Both the position numbers and the translations under genes were made by a program. The notes below the pieces were generated by a model that did not search any database, was not told where the DNA came from, and was given only the letters and a program-made list of their open reading frames with translations. Source: a bacterium (GTDB lineage: Bacteria; Bacillota; Clostridia; Lachnospirales; Lachnospiraceae). Taken from it: a stretch of DNA of 64,000 nt. This document shows positions 8,467 to 17,348 of this stretch, in pieces. The stretch is taken from positions 1,315-65,314 of the forward strand of contig CAVERH010000011.1 in NCBI GenBank assembly GCA_963618065.1, written 5' to 3'. Numbering within the stretch: the stretch's first letter is position 1; every line of letters starts with the position of its first letter.

Positions 8467-9333
8467 ATGAAAATCACATCCATATTTGAAAAAGAAGAAA
8501 TTACCGTATCGTTTGAGGTGTTTCCACCGAAAACAACCACGAATTATGAAGCGGTGGAAAAGGCAGCGCTCGGCGTGGCAGCGTTAAAGCCAAGTTACAT
8601 GAGTGTGACCTATGGAGCAGGTGGCAGCACCAGAGGATATACGATTAATATTGCAGAGAAAATACAGAAGGAACAGCAGGTAACAACGATTGCCCATCTG
8701 ACCTGTGTTGGTGCCACAAAGGCAGATATTCATGCAGCGCTTGATCAGATGAAGGAGGCTGGCATTGAGAACATTCTGGCACTTCGCGGAGACCGCCCGA
8801 AGGACTTTGAAGGAGATCCGTATATTGATTATCACCATGCCTCCGAGCTTGTCCAAACAATTCGGGAATATGGAGATTTCTGCGTGGGGGGAGCGTGCTA
8901 TCCGGAGGGGCATCCGGATGCGGCAACGAAGAAGGAAGACATTTTGAACCTTAAGAAGAAGGTGGATGCAGGCTGCTCGTTCCTGACGACCCAGATGTTT
9001 TTTGATAACAATATTTTTTATAATTTCTTATATAAAGCACGGGAAGCCGGAATTCTGGTTCCGATCATTCCGGGAATCATGCCGATTACGAGGGCAAATC
9101 AGGTTGCCAATGCCGTACGGCTTTCCGGCTGTAATGTACCGGAGCGGTTCCGCAGTATTGTAGACTGCTTTGGAAACAACCCGGCAGCCATGCAGCAGGC
9201 CGGTATTGCCTATGCAACCGATCAGATCATTGACCTGATTGCGAACGGAGTGAACCATATTCATGTATATTCCATGAATAAGCCCGAAGTGGCAAAGGGA
9301 ATCTGCGACAATTTATCTGCAATTATTCATTAA
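8467..9333 (+). CDS. metF: Methylenetetrahydrofolate reductase
   Basis: The N-terminus SFEVFPPKT, LRGD and the length are typical of MetF. Confidence 0.9.
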   Translation: MKITSIFEKEEITVSFEVFPPKTTTNYEAVEKAALGVAALKPSYMSVTYGAGGSTRGYTINIAEKIQKEQQVTTIAHLTCVGATKADIHAALDQMKEAGIENILALRGDRPKDFEGDPYIDYHHASELVQTIREYGDFCVGGACYPEGHPDAATKKEDILNLKKKVDAGCSFLTTQMFFDNNIFYNFLYKAREAGILVPIIPGIMPITRANQVANAVRLSGCNVPERFRSIVDCFGNNPAAMQQAGIAYATDQIIDLIANGVNHIHVYSMNKPEVAKGICDNLSAIIH

Positions 9334-9351
9334 GTTATAAGGAGAAAATGG

Positions 9352-10023
9352 ATGCCGCAGTCACAGATCACGGAAGAGGAAATTAAACAATCAGAAGTTC
9401 TGCGTTATCTGGGATACCGGGGGCAGAAAGCCGATGAGGCCATTACAGAGCAGATTAAGGAATGCATCCAGGAGATGCTTCAGGTGATCCAGCCACGGTG
9501 TGTTTACCGGCGGTTCCCGCTTACCTTTGTGGAAGATGATACGATGGAGGCAGGAGGACTTGTGCTAAAGAGCCGGAACCTGTCTGTGAATCTGCGAGGC
9601 TGCCGGGAGGTCATTTACTTTGCTGCAACACTGGGAAACGGTGTGGACCGGCTGATGATACGCTTTGGCAGGCTGAATATTACGAAGGCCGCAATTTTGC
9701 AGGCGGTGGGAGCAGCAGCGATGGAGGCTTACTGTGACCAATGCCAGAGAAGATTGGAAGAGGAACTGCAGGCAGAACATCTTTTTTTACGGCCGCGTTT
9801 CAGTCCCGGATACGGAGATCTGCCGCTTGCCATACAGGGCCGGTTCTTAGATACCATTGAGGCAACGAAGCGGGCCGGAATTTATTTATCCGAGGGAGAC
9901 ATCATGCTTCCCGAAAAATCCGTAACCGCCATTATGGGTGTGAGTGAATTGAACAGCCACTGCAGGATCGAAGGGTGCGAAGCCTGTGCGAATACCACAT
10001 GTGCTTACCGGAGAAACACATAG
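9352..10023 (+). CDS. Stand-alone methionine synthase activation (AdoMet-binding) domain protein
   Basis: 223-aa protein resembling the C-terminal reactivation domain of MetH. It sits between metF and a metH core that lacks this domain. Confidence 0.75.
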   Translation: MPQSQITEEEIKQSEVLRYLGYRGQKADEAITEQIKECIQEMLQVIQPRCVYRRFPLTFVEDDTMEAGGLVLKSRNLSVNLRGCREVIYFAATLGNGVDRLMIRFGRLNITKAAILQAVGAAAMEAYCDQCQRRLEEELQAEHLFLRPRFSPGYGDLPLAIQGRFLDTIEATKRAGIYLSEGDIMLPEKSVTAIMGVSELNSHCRIEGCEACANTTCAYRRNT

Positions 10024-10191
10024 AGGGTTATAGATTGTAAAGAATGATTTGAGTATAGAAAGAATTTATTAAAATAAGAATTTTTGATAGCAGGAATCAC
10101 AGATAAAAGAATTACAGATAGTAATATAAGAATACAGGTAACCAATGCAGCCATGGATCATGAGGAATGGTTACCAGATGGGAAGACAGGA

Positions 10192-12633
10192 ATGAATATC
10201 AGAGAAGAACTTGGAAAACGGATGCTTTTTTTTGATGGGGGATTAGGCTCCCTCCTTCAGGCAAGAGGATTGAAGCCGGGAGAACTTCCGGAAACATGGA
10301 ATTTAAGCAAGCCGGAGGAACTGTTTGCGATTCATAAAGAATACCTTGAAGCAGGGGCAGACATCATTCTTGCCAATACGTTCGGTGCAAACCGCTTTAA
10401 ATATGATAATCTGCAGGAGATCGTGGAAGCAGCGGTAAAGAATGCGAAAAGGGCAGCTGCAGAATGCGGACGGAATGCTTATGTCGCACTTGATTTAGGA
10501 CCGACCGGCAAGCTGTTAAAGCCGATGGGAACGCTTGATTTTGAGGAAGCCGTATCGGTTTATGCGGAAGTGGTAAAGATCGGGGCAGCTGCCGGAGCAG
10601 ATCTGATTTTGATTGAAACCATGAGCGATACCTATGAGTTAAAGGCGGCCGTTCTTGCGGCCAAGGAGAATTCGGATCTTCCTGTTGTAGCAACGGTAGT
10701 TTTCGATGAAAGCCATAAGATGTTAACCGGGGCATCCCCGGAGGTTGTAGTTGCGATGTTAGAGGGACTCCGGGTAGATGCACTTGGCATGAACTGCGGA
10801 CTTGGCCCGAAGCAGATGAAACCGATTTTTGAAAAAATGGCAGAGCTTTCTTCCCTGCCTTTGGTGATTACACCGAATGCCGGACTTCCGAGGACAGAAA
10901 ACGGCAAGACGGTATATGATGTCGATCCGGAAGAATTTGCAGCCGATGTGGAAGAGATTATCCGCATGGGCGCTTGGATGGCCGGTGGATGCTGCGGTAC
11001 CACCCCGGCACACATTAAGGCACTGACGGAACGGTGTAAGGATATCGTACCCAAGCCCCTTGTAGAAAAGGAAGAAACGATTGTCACCTCGTATTCCATG
11101 GCGGTAGAGCTTGGTAAGAAACCAATGATCATCGGAGAACGGATCAATCCGACCGGAAAGTCAAAGTTTAAACAGGCACTCCGAGATCGGAATATGGAGT
11201 ACATTCTGGAAGAGGGTGTGAAGCAGGCAGATTCCGGAGCACATATTCTTGATGTGAATGTGGGACTTCCGGAAATCGATGAAGTGGCCATGATGAAGCG
11301 GACGGTTTATGAATTACAGAGCGTCCTGCCGCTTCCGTTACAGATTGATACCACGAACGTGGAGGCCATGGAACAGGCTCTGCGGATTTATAATGGAAAG
11401 CCGATGATCAATTCCGTAAACGGAAAAGACGAAGTCATGCGGGCAATTTTTCCGCTGGTGCAGAAGTACGGCGGAACCGTTGTCGGACTGACGCTGGATG
11501 AGGATGGCATTCCCAATACCTCCGAAGGGAGACTTGCTATCGCAGAGAAGATTTACCGCACCGCCGAAGAGTATGGAATTAAGCGGAAGGATATTGTTAT
11601 TGATGCCCTTACCATGACGATGAGTACGGATGATTCTTCTGCTAAGACAACCCTTGATACGGTACGCGGCATTAAGGCACAGGGAGGCAGAACCGTCCTT
11701 GGAGTTTCCAATATTTCCTTCGGACTGCCACAGCGTGAAATCATCAATGCCGCCTTTTTCTCGATGGCAATGGATGCCGGACTGTCTGCCGGAATTATTA
11801 ATCCGAATGCGGCCCTGATGCGTCAGGCGTATGATACCTATTGTGTCCTTGGCGGCTTCGACAGCCAGTGCAGGGATTATATCGAGAAGTATGCAGCGGT
11901 GCAGATTAAGGTTGTGAGCGATGTGGCAAGTGGTGCAGGTAATGCAGCAGCAGGATCTGCCGAAACCGCCGGAAAAGGTGCGATCAGCTTAAAGGACTGC
12001 ATCGTCAAAGGCCTGAAGGAGCCGGCGTTCCGTGCAACGAAGGAGCTGCTTGCAGATGACGGAACCGGTAAGCCAAAGAAGGGAACCATGGAAATCATCA
12101 ATGAAGATCTGGTTCCGGCACTGGATCTTGTCGGACAGGGCTTTGAAAAGGGAACGATGTTCCTGCCGCAGCTCCTGATGAGTGCGGAGGCAGCAAAAGC
12201 CGGATTCGAAGCCATTAAGGAATATGTTGCAAGCCAGGGCGTCGCGCAGGAGAAGAAGGGAACGATCGTCATTGCAACCGTGAAGGGTGATATCCACGAT
12301 ATCGGAAAGAACATTGTAAAGGTCCTGCTTGAAAATTACGGTTATGATGTGATTGATCTTGGAAAGGATGTGCCACCGGAAACGGTCGTGGAAGCGGTGA
12401 AAGAAAGTCGCGCACCGCTTGTCGGATTGAGTGCCTTAATGACGACAACCGTAGAGAGCATGGAAGAGACGATCAAGCAGCTTCGCAGGGAAGTTCCGGA
12501 ATGTAAGGTGATGGTTGGCGGCGCAGTACTGACACAGGAATATGCGGATATGATCGGTGCCGATTTCTATGGAAAGGATGCCATGCAGTCGGTGTATTAT
12601 GCAGAGAGACTGTTTGCGGAAATAAATGTGTAG
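10192..12633 (+). CDS. metH: Methionine synthase core (Hcy-binding, pterin-binding, B12 cap and B12-binding domains)
   Basis: LFFDGGLGS and GGCCGTTP mark the Hcy S-methyltransferase domain. The pterin barrel shows NISFGLP. The B12-binding motif GDIHDIGKNIV is present near the C-terminus. The start is moved to ATG 10192. Confidence 0.9.
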   Translation: MNIREELGKRMLFFDGGLGSLLQARGLKPGELPETWNLSKPEELFAIHKEYLEAGADIILANTFGANRFKYDNLQEIVEAAVKNAKRAAAECGRNAYVALDLGPTGKLLKPMGTLDFEEAVSVYAEVVKIGAAAGADLILIETMSDTYELKAAVLAAKENSDLPVVATVVFDESHKMLTGASPEVVVAMLEGLRVDALGMNCGLGPKQMKPIFEKMAELSSLPLVITPNAGLPRTENGKTVYDVDPEEFAADVEEIIRMGAWMAGGCCGTTPAHIKALTERCKDIVPKPLVEKEETIVTSYSMAVELGKKPMIIGERINPTGKSKFKQALRDRNMEYILEEGVKQADSGAHILDVNVGLPEIDEVAMMKRTVYELQSVLPLPLQIDTTNVEAMEQALRIYNGKPMINSVNGKDEVMRAIFPLVQKYGGTVVGLTLDEDGIPNTSEGRLAIAEKIYRTAEEYGIKRKDIVIDALTMTMSTDDSSAKTTLDTVRGIKAQGGRTVLGVSNISFGLPQREIINAAFFSMAMDAGLSAGIINPNAALMRQAYDTYCVLGGFDSQCRDYIEKYAAVQIKVVSDVASGAGNAAAGSAETAGKGAISLKDCIVKGLKEPAFRATKELLADDGTGKPKKGTMEIINEDLVPALDLVGQGFEKGTMFLPQLLMSAEAAKAGFEAIKEYVASQGVAQEKKGTIVIATVKGDIHDIGKNIVKVLLENYGYDVIDLGKDVPPETVVEAVKESRAPLVGLSALMTTTVESMEETIKQLRREVPECKVMVGGAVLTQEYADMIGADFYGKDAMQSVYYAERLFAEINV

Positions 12634-12648
12634 TAAAGATCATATAGG

Positions 12649-13515
12649 TTATAAATAGGAATCAGGATTTTTACGGTAATTTGCAGGCGATGTTCCGACT
12701 CTGGCTTTGAATGCATTAATAAAACAATTGCTGGAACTATATCCGAGCAGTTCACTAATCTGGCTGATTTGATTGTTGGTGTAAAGCAACATATTTTTAG
12801 CCAGATTAATTTTTAAATTGGACATATAAGTAATCGGAGATACACCGGTAAAATCTTTAAAAAGGTGGGCAAAGTAAAAAGAACTCATATTGGCCATATT
12901 CGCCAATTCATGGATGGTAAAGTTATGTTCCGGGTGGGAGCGCATATAGATTAACACATCTTCAATTGTGTTTGCATTCGTAGAGGTGCTGGAATGCGAA
13001 GAAGAAAAGGAACTCTGAAGGGTGCACAGAATTTGATAAATGGCTACAGATTGTTCCTGTTCAGGAATGTGATTCACAAAATACATCTTGGAAATAAGTG
13101 GTTCCAGAATATCCCGGATTTCGCGATGGCAGGGAGACTGAAACAGAAAGCCATGGTTTCGCAGGATGAGACTGTCAGTAAGCTCACGACAGTTTGTGCC
13201 TCCGATATGCATAAAATAGAATTCACAGTGACTACCCGAACAGTAAGCATGCGGATAGTCGCAGTTTAATAGAACCAGATCGTTTTTTCGTGCTGTTTTT
13301 TCTATTCCTTTATATTTTACATGGAGTTCTCCGGAATCAATTAACAAGAGCAGAGGGCCTAAATGGGAATTACGTTCAATGGAATAGTCTTCATTACAAA
13401 AAAAGTGCCCACATACTAAAATATAGTAAAAATAAGATGAAAACATTTCTGTAGGAGTAAAGAAAAAAATTCGGAGCCCTTTAATACACCTTTTTCTTCG
13501 CAGATCATAAAACAC
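12649..13515 (-). CDS. AraC family transcriptional regulator (cupin sensor plus HTH)
   Basis: The C-terminal AraC-type double HTH is visible (FYFAHLFKDFTGVSPITYM ... GYSSSNCFINAFKARVGTSPANYR). RBS AGAGGGTG. Confidence 0.85.
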   Translation of the reverse strand: MFYDLRRKRCIKGLRIFFFTPTEMFSSYFYYILVCGHFFCNEDYSIERNSHLGPLLLLIDSGELHVKYKGIEKTARKNDLVLLNCDYPHAYCSGSHCEFYFMHIGGTNCRELTDSLILRNHGFLFQSPCHREIRDILEPLISKMYFVNHIPEQEQSVAIYQILCTLQSSFSSSHSSTSTNANTIEDVLIYMRSHPEHNFTIHELANMANMSSFYFAHLFKDFTGVSPITYMSNLKINLAKNMLLYTNNQISQISELLGYSSSNCFINAFKARVGTSPANYRKNPDSYL

Positions 13516-13858
13516 CCTCTTTTCGTGATTTTATAAGGTATTATAATTGGATCTGTTATGAAAAGCAATCTCAATAAACAGAATCGCAAGAGAAAATGAT
13601 GAAATCAGATAAAAATCGTGATAACATAAAGCAAATAGTAAAAACTATCGTGATTTGTTAGAGATGCGGTCTATATTGCATCTCCAAACAGCAGGCATTT
13701 TGAACAGTCAATGATTATGCTGATGAGCGGGAATATTGATGGAAACGGAACTATTCGCTGGATACGTTACAGGTGATAGATGAAGCCAGAAAACAGATGC
13801 AGATTGTTTTCCCGGCAGACCTAAAATAATACAATACATAGGAAAAGAGAGGTATTTT

Positions 13859-16285
13859 ATGATGAAGAGATGGGCAAGAGCATTATTTCAGCCGGGAATT
13901 CCGCTTGGTGAGAATGGAAAGCGTGTAACGGGAAGTAAGGAACATATTGCACTTTCCAAAGAAGCAGCAAAGGAAGGTATGGTTCTTGTAAAGAATGAGG
14001 ATCAGGTTCTTCCCATTGCCAGAGGGACCAGAGTTGCATTATTCGGAAAGGGAACCTTTGATTATGTAAAAGGAGGTGGTGGAAGCGGTGATGTTACCTG
14101 CGAGTATATCAGGACTCTGTATGATGGTTTGAAGTGTAAAACTGACAAAGTAAGCATATTTGAGGAACTTTGTGATTTTTATCGTGAGGATATAAAAAAA
14201 CAGTATCAGAATGGTGCAGTGCCTGGGATGACGATAGAACCTTCGGTTCCGATGGATCTTTTAAAGAAGGCAGCAGCCTTTACGGATACCGCAATTATCA
14301 GTATCTGCCGTTTCTCGGGAGAGGGCTGGGATCGTACGGCATTTATTGATCCGGAGAATAAGGCAATCTGTGATTCGGAAGTTGAAATGACGAAAAAAGC
14401 AGCCAGCATTTTTGCAAATGGTGATTTCTGTCTGTCAGACGGGGAACAGCAGATGGTTGACCTTGTAAAGGAACATTTTAATAAGGTCATTGTGGTAATG
14501 AATGTTGGCGGCATGGTAGATACCTCCTGGTTTGTGGATGATGATCAGATTTCTTCTGTGTTATTTGCCTTTCAGGGCGGCATGGAAGGTGGACTTGCTG
14601 CAGCGGAACTTCTGTTGGGAGAAGGGAATCCCTCCGGCAAGCTTTCTGATACATTTGCAAAATCACTTCAGGACTATCCTTCCTCGGAAGGCTTCCATGA
14701 GTCAAGGGATTATGTAGATTACGTGGAAGATATTTATGTCGGTTATCGTTACTTTGAGACCATTCCGGGTGCACAGGAAAAGGTAAATTATCCATTTGGT
14801 TTCGGACTTTCCTATACGACATTTGATGTAAAAACATTGGAAGCAGGAGAGAGCCATGGTAATATTCAGGTTCGGGTTCAGGTAACAAATACCGGAAGCT
14901 GTGTTGGAAAAGAAGTGGTTCAGGTATATGTCGGAAAGCCACAGGGAAAGCTTGGAAAGCCTGCAAAGGAACTTGTTGCATTTGAAAAGACAAGACTTCT
15001 TGCAAAAGGAGAATCACAGTTGCTTTACCTGCAATGGAAAATCAGTGATATGGCATCCTTTGATGATCTTGGCAAGGTACAGAAGGCTGCCTATGTTTTG
15101 GAAAAGGGCTCTTATGCTGTTTATGTCGGGAACTCGGTACGGAATGTAGAGAAGCTGGCCTACGAATATGTATTGAAGGAGAATGTTGTTGTGGAACAGC
15201 TTGAAAGCAGACTGGTACCAACTTCCCTTAAGGAAAGAATGCTGGCAGATGGAACCTTTGAAGAGCTTCCTTTGATGCAAGCCAATGACCCGAACGCATC
15301 TGAAATCGGCAAATTAAAAGATGAACAGACCGATGGATTTACACCCGAAGGAAAACTGGTAGAAAGTTATGTGCTCTGGCATGGAATGCATCGAAGCGGA
15401 GAACATGATTTCACGGAGGTCGCAGATGGAACCATTACTATGGAAGAATTCCTGGCGCAGCTTTCTGTGGAAGAGCTGGCCTATCTTCTTGGTGGGCAGC
15501 CGAACACCGGAGTTGCCAATACCTTTGGTTTTGGTAATTTCCCGGAATATGGAATCCCTAATATCATGACAGCTGATGGACCGGCAGGCTTGCGAATTGC
15601 ACCGGAGGCAGGTGTCAATACAACGGCGTTTCCATGCTCTACATTGCTTGCCTGCACATGGAATCCGGAGATTGTGGAACGGATTGGTGAAGCTGGAGGA
15701 GCCGAAGTAAAGGAGAACAATATATCGGTCTGGCTGACACCGGCGATTAATATTCACCGGAGTCCGTTGTGTGGTCGGAATTTTGAGTATTATTCCGAGG
15801 ATCCTTTTTTGACAGCAGAGCTTGCAGGAGCTATGGTGAAAGGAATTCAGTCGAATCACATTGGTGCAACCCTAAAACACTTTGCATGTAATAATAAAGA
15901 AACGAACCGTAAGAACTGTGATTCACGGGTATCAGAGAGGGCAGCACGTGAAATTTATCTGAAGGCTTTTGAGAGAATTATTAAGGAACAAAAACCATGG
16001 GTAGTAATGTCATCTTATAATATTATGAATGGACACAGGACATCCGAATATAAGGAACTGTTGACCGGAGTTCTCCGTGAGGAATGGGGATTCGATGGGA
16101 TGGTAACAACGGATTGGTGGACCTGTGGAGAGCATTACAAGGAAACCCATGCGGGAAATGATTTGAAAATGCCACGTGGATTTGCAGACCGTCTTATGGA
16201 GGCTGTCCGACAGGGCTGTCTTACACGTGAAGAAATGGAAACAAGCGTAGGTCGAATTCTTAAGACGATTCTTAAGATAGATTAA
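13859..16285 (+). CDS. Glycoside hydrolase family 3 beta-glucosidase with permuted domain order
   Basis: The GH3 C-terminal-type domain comes first (VLVKNEDQVLPI, GGGSGDV, FGFGLSYTTF), then an Fn3-like segment. The catalytic N-type domain comes last (KHFACNNKETNR, GMVTTDWW). Confidence 0.9.
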   Translation: MMKRWARALFQPGIPLGENGKRVTGSKEHIALSKEAAKEGMVLVKNEDQVLPIARGTRVALFGKGTFDYVKGGGGSGDVTCEYIRTLYDGLKCKTDKVSIFEELCDFYREDIKKQYQNGAVPGMTIEPSVPMDLLKKAAAFTDTAIISICRFSGEGWDRTAFIDPENKAICDSEVEMTKKAASIFANGDFCLSDGEQQMVDLVKEHFNKVIVVMNVGGMVDTSWFVDDDQISSVLFAFQGGMEGGLAAAELLLGEGNPSGKLSDTFAKSLQDYPSSEGFHESRDYVDYVEDIYVGYRYFETIPGAQEKVNYPFGFGLSYTTFDVKTLEAGESHGNIQVRVQVTNTGSCVGKEVVQVYVGKPQGKLGKPAKELVAFEKTRLLAKGESQLLYLQWKISDMASFDDLGKVQKAAYVLEKGSYAVYVGNSVRNVEKLAYEYVLKENVVVEQLESRLVPTSLKERMLADGTFEELPLMQANDPNASEIGKLKDEQTDGFTPEGKLVESYVLWHGMHRSGEHDFTEVADGTITMEEFLAQLSVEELAYLLGGQPNTGVANTFGFGNFPEYGIPNIMTADGPAGLRIAPEAGVNTTAFPCSTLLACTWNPEIVERIGEAGGAEVKENNISVWLTPAINIHRSPLCGRNFEYYSEDPFLTAELAGAMVKGIQSNHIGATLKHFACNNKETNRKNCDSRVSERAAREIYLKAFERIIKEQKPWVVMSSYNIMNGHRTSEYKELLTGVLREEWGFDGMVTTDWWTCGEHYKETHAGNDLKMPRGFADRLMEAVRQGCLTREEMETSVGRILKTILKID

Positions 16286-16303
16286 CAAAAGAAAAAGTAA
16301 AAC

Positions 16304-16330
16304 AAAAAGAAGGGTTACCCTTCTTTTTTG
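16304..16330 (+). terminator. Rho-independent terminator after the GH3 gene
   Basis: AAAAAGAAGGG-TTA-CCCTTCTTTTTT, a stem followed by a T-run. Confidence 0.65.
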
Positions 16331-16379
16331 TTTGGGAAAATAAAGCAAGATGAATAAACTTTTTTGAGAGGGTAAAAAT

Positions 16380-17348
16380 GTGGGGCATTATTTGGGAATA
16401 GATCTTGGTGGAACCAATATAGCAGTGGGTATTGTGGATGAACACAACAAAATCATTGTACGTCGAAATCGAAAAACCAACACGCATCAATCATTTGAAA
16501 GTCTGGTGATGGAAATTGCGATCACGGCCAGAGAAGCTTTAGAATGTGCCGGCTTAAAAGAAGATAATGTAGATTCCGTCGGAATGGGCACACCAAGCTG
16601 TATTAATCCAAAGACAGGAAATCTTGTTAATGCCAATAATCTTGGGTGGATTAATGTACCATTGCACAGAGAAATACAAAAGTACTTCAGCCAGAAGGTA
16701 GCAATCGCAAACGATGCGGATTGTGCAGCATTGGGCGAAGTGATTGCAGGCTCTGCATCCGGATATCAGAATGCAATTATGATTACACTTGGTACGGGTG
16801 TTGGAGGAGGCATTATTCAAAACGGTAAAATTTATAGTGGCGCAGACGGAATGGGATCGGAAATCGGGCATATAAAGCTGATTTATGGAGGAAAAAAGTG
16901 TTCCTGCGGACAGAAGGGATGCTTTGAAGCATATGCCTCGGCAACGGCGCTGATTCAGCAGACAAAAGAGGCAGCATCCCAAAATTCGGAAAGCAGCATC
17001 CATCTGCTTAGTGGCGGAGATCCGGAAATGATAGATGCTAAAACGGTATTTGATGCAGCGCACAGGAAAGATGAGACAGCATTAGAGGTATTGGATCAAT
17101 ATTATAATTACCTGGCAGGAGGAATTTCAACATTGATCACACTCTACAGACCGGAAGTGATTATTATTGGTGGAGGAATCAGTAATCAGGGAGAATACCT
17201 TATCAAACCGCTAAAAGAGAAAATTTATGAACAGACGTTTGCGGCCAAGGAAATCGGTATCCCTGAACTTCGGATCGCATCACTTGGAAATGATGCAGGA
17301 ATTATCGGGGCAGCAAATTTGAAATGTTTGAAAAATAATGGGAGGTAA
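16380..17348 (+). CDS. ROK family sugar kinase (glucokinase-like)
   Basis: LGIDLGGTN at the N-terminus, the ROK zinc motif GHIKL...C.CG..GC.E, and DAGIIGAA at the C-terminus. The start is GTG, 7 nt after GAGAGGG. Confidence 0.85.
   Translation: MGHYLGIDLGGTNIAVGIVDEHNKIIVRRNRKTNTHQSFESLVMEIAITAREALECAGLKEDNVDSVGMGTPSCINPKTGNLVNANNLGWINVPLHREIQKYFSQKVAIANDADCAALGEVIAGSASGYQNAIMITLGTGVGGGIIQNGKIYSGADGMGSEIGHIKLIYGGKKCSCGQKGCFEAYASATALIQQTKEAASQNSESSIHLLSGGDPEMIDAKTVFDAAHRKDETALEVLDQYYNYLAGGISTLITLYRPEVIIIGGGISNQGEYLIKPLKEKIYEQTFAAKEIGIPELRIASLGNDAGIIGAANLKCLKNNGR

Noticed and set aside
10632-11291. 219-aa ORF on the - strand inside metH
   Set aside because: It lies entirely antisense to a strongly supported metH domain. 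Its composition is Ser/Pro/Ala/Thr-rich, typical of a shadow frame, and it has no RBS.
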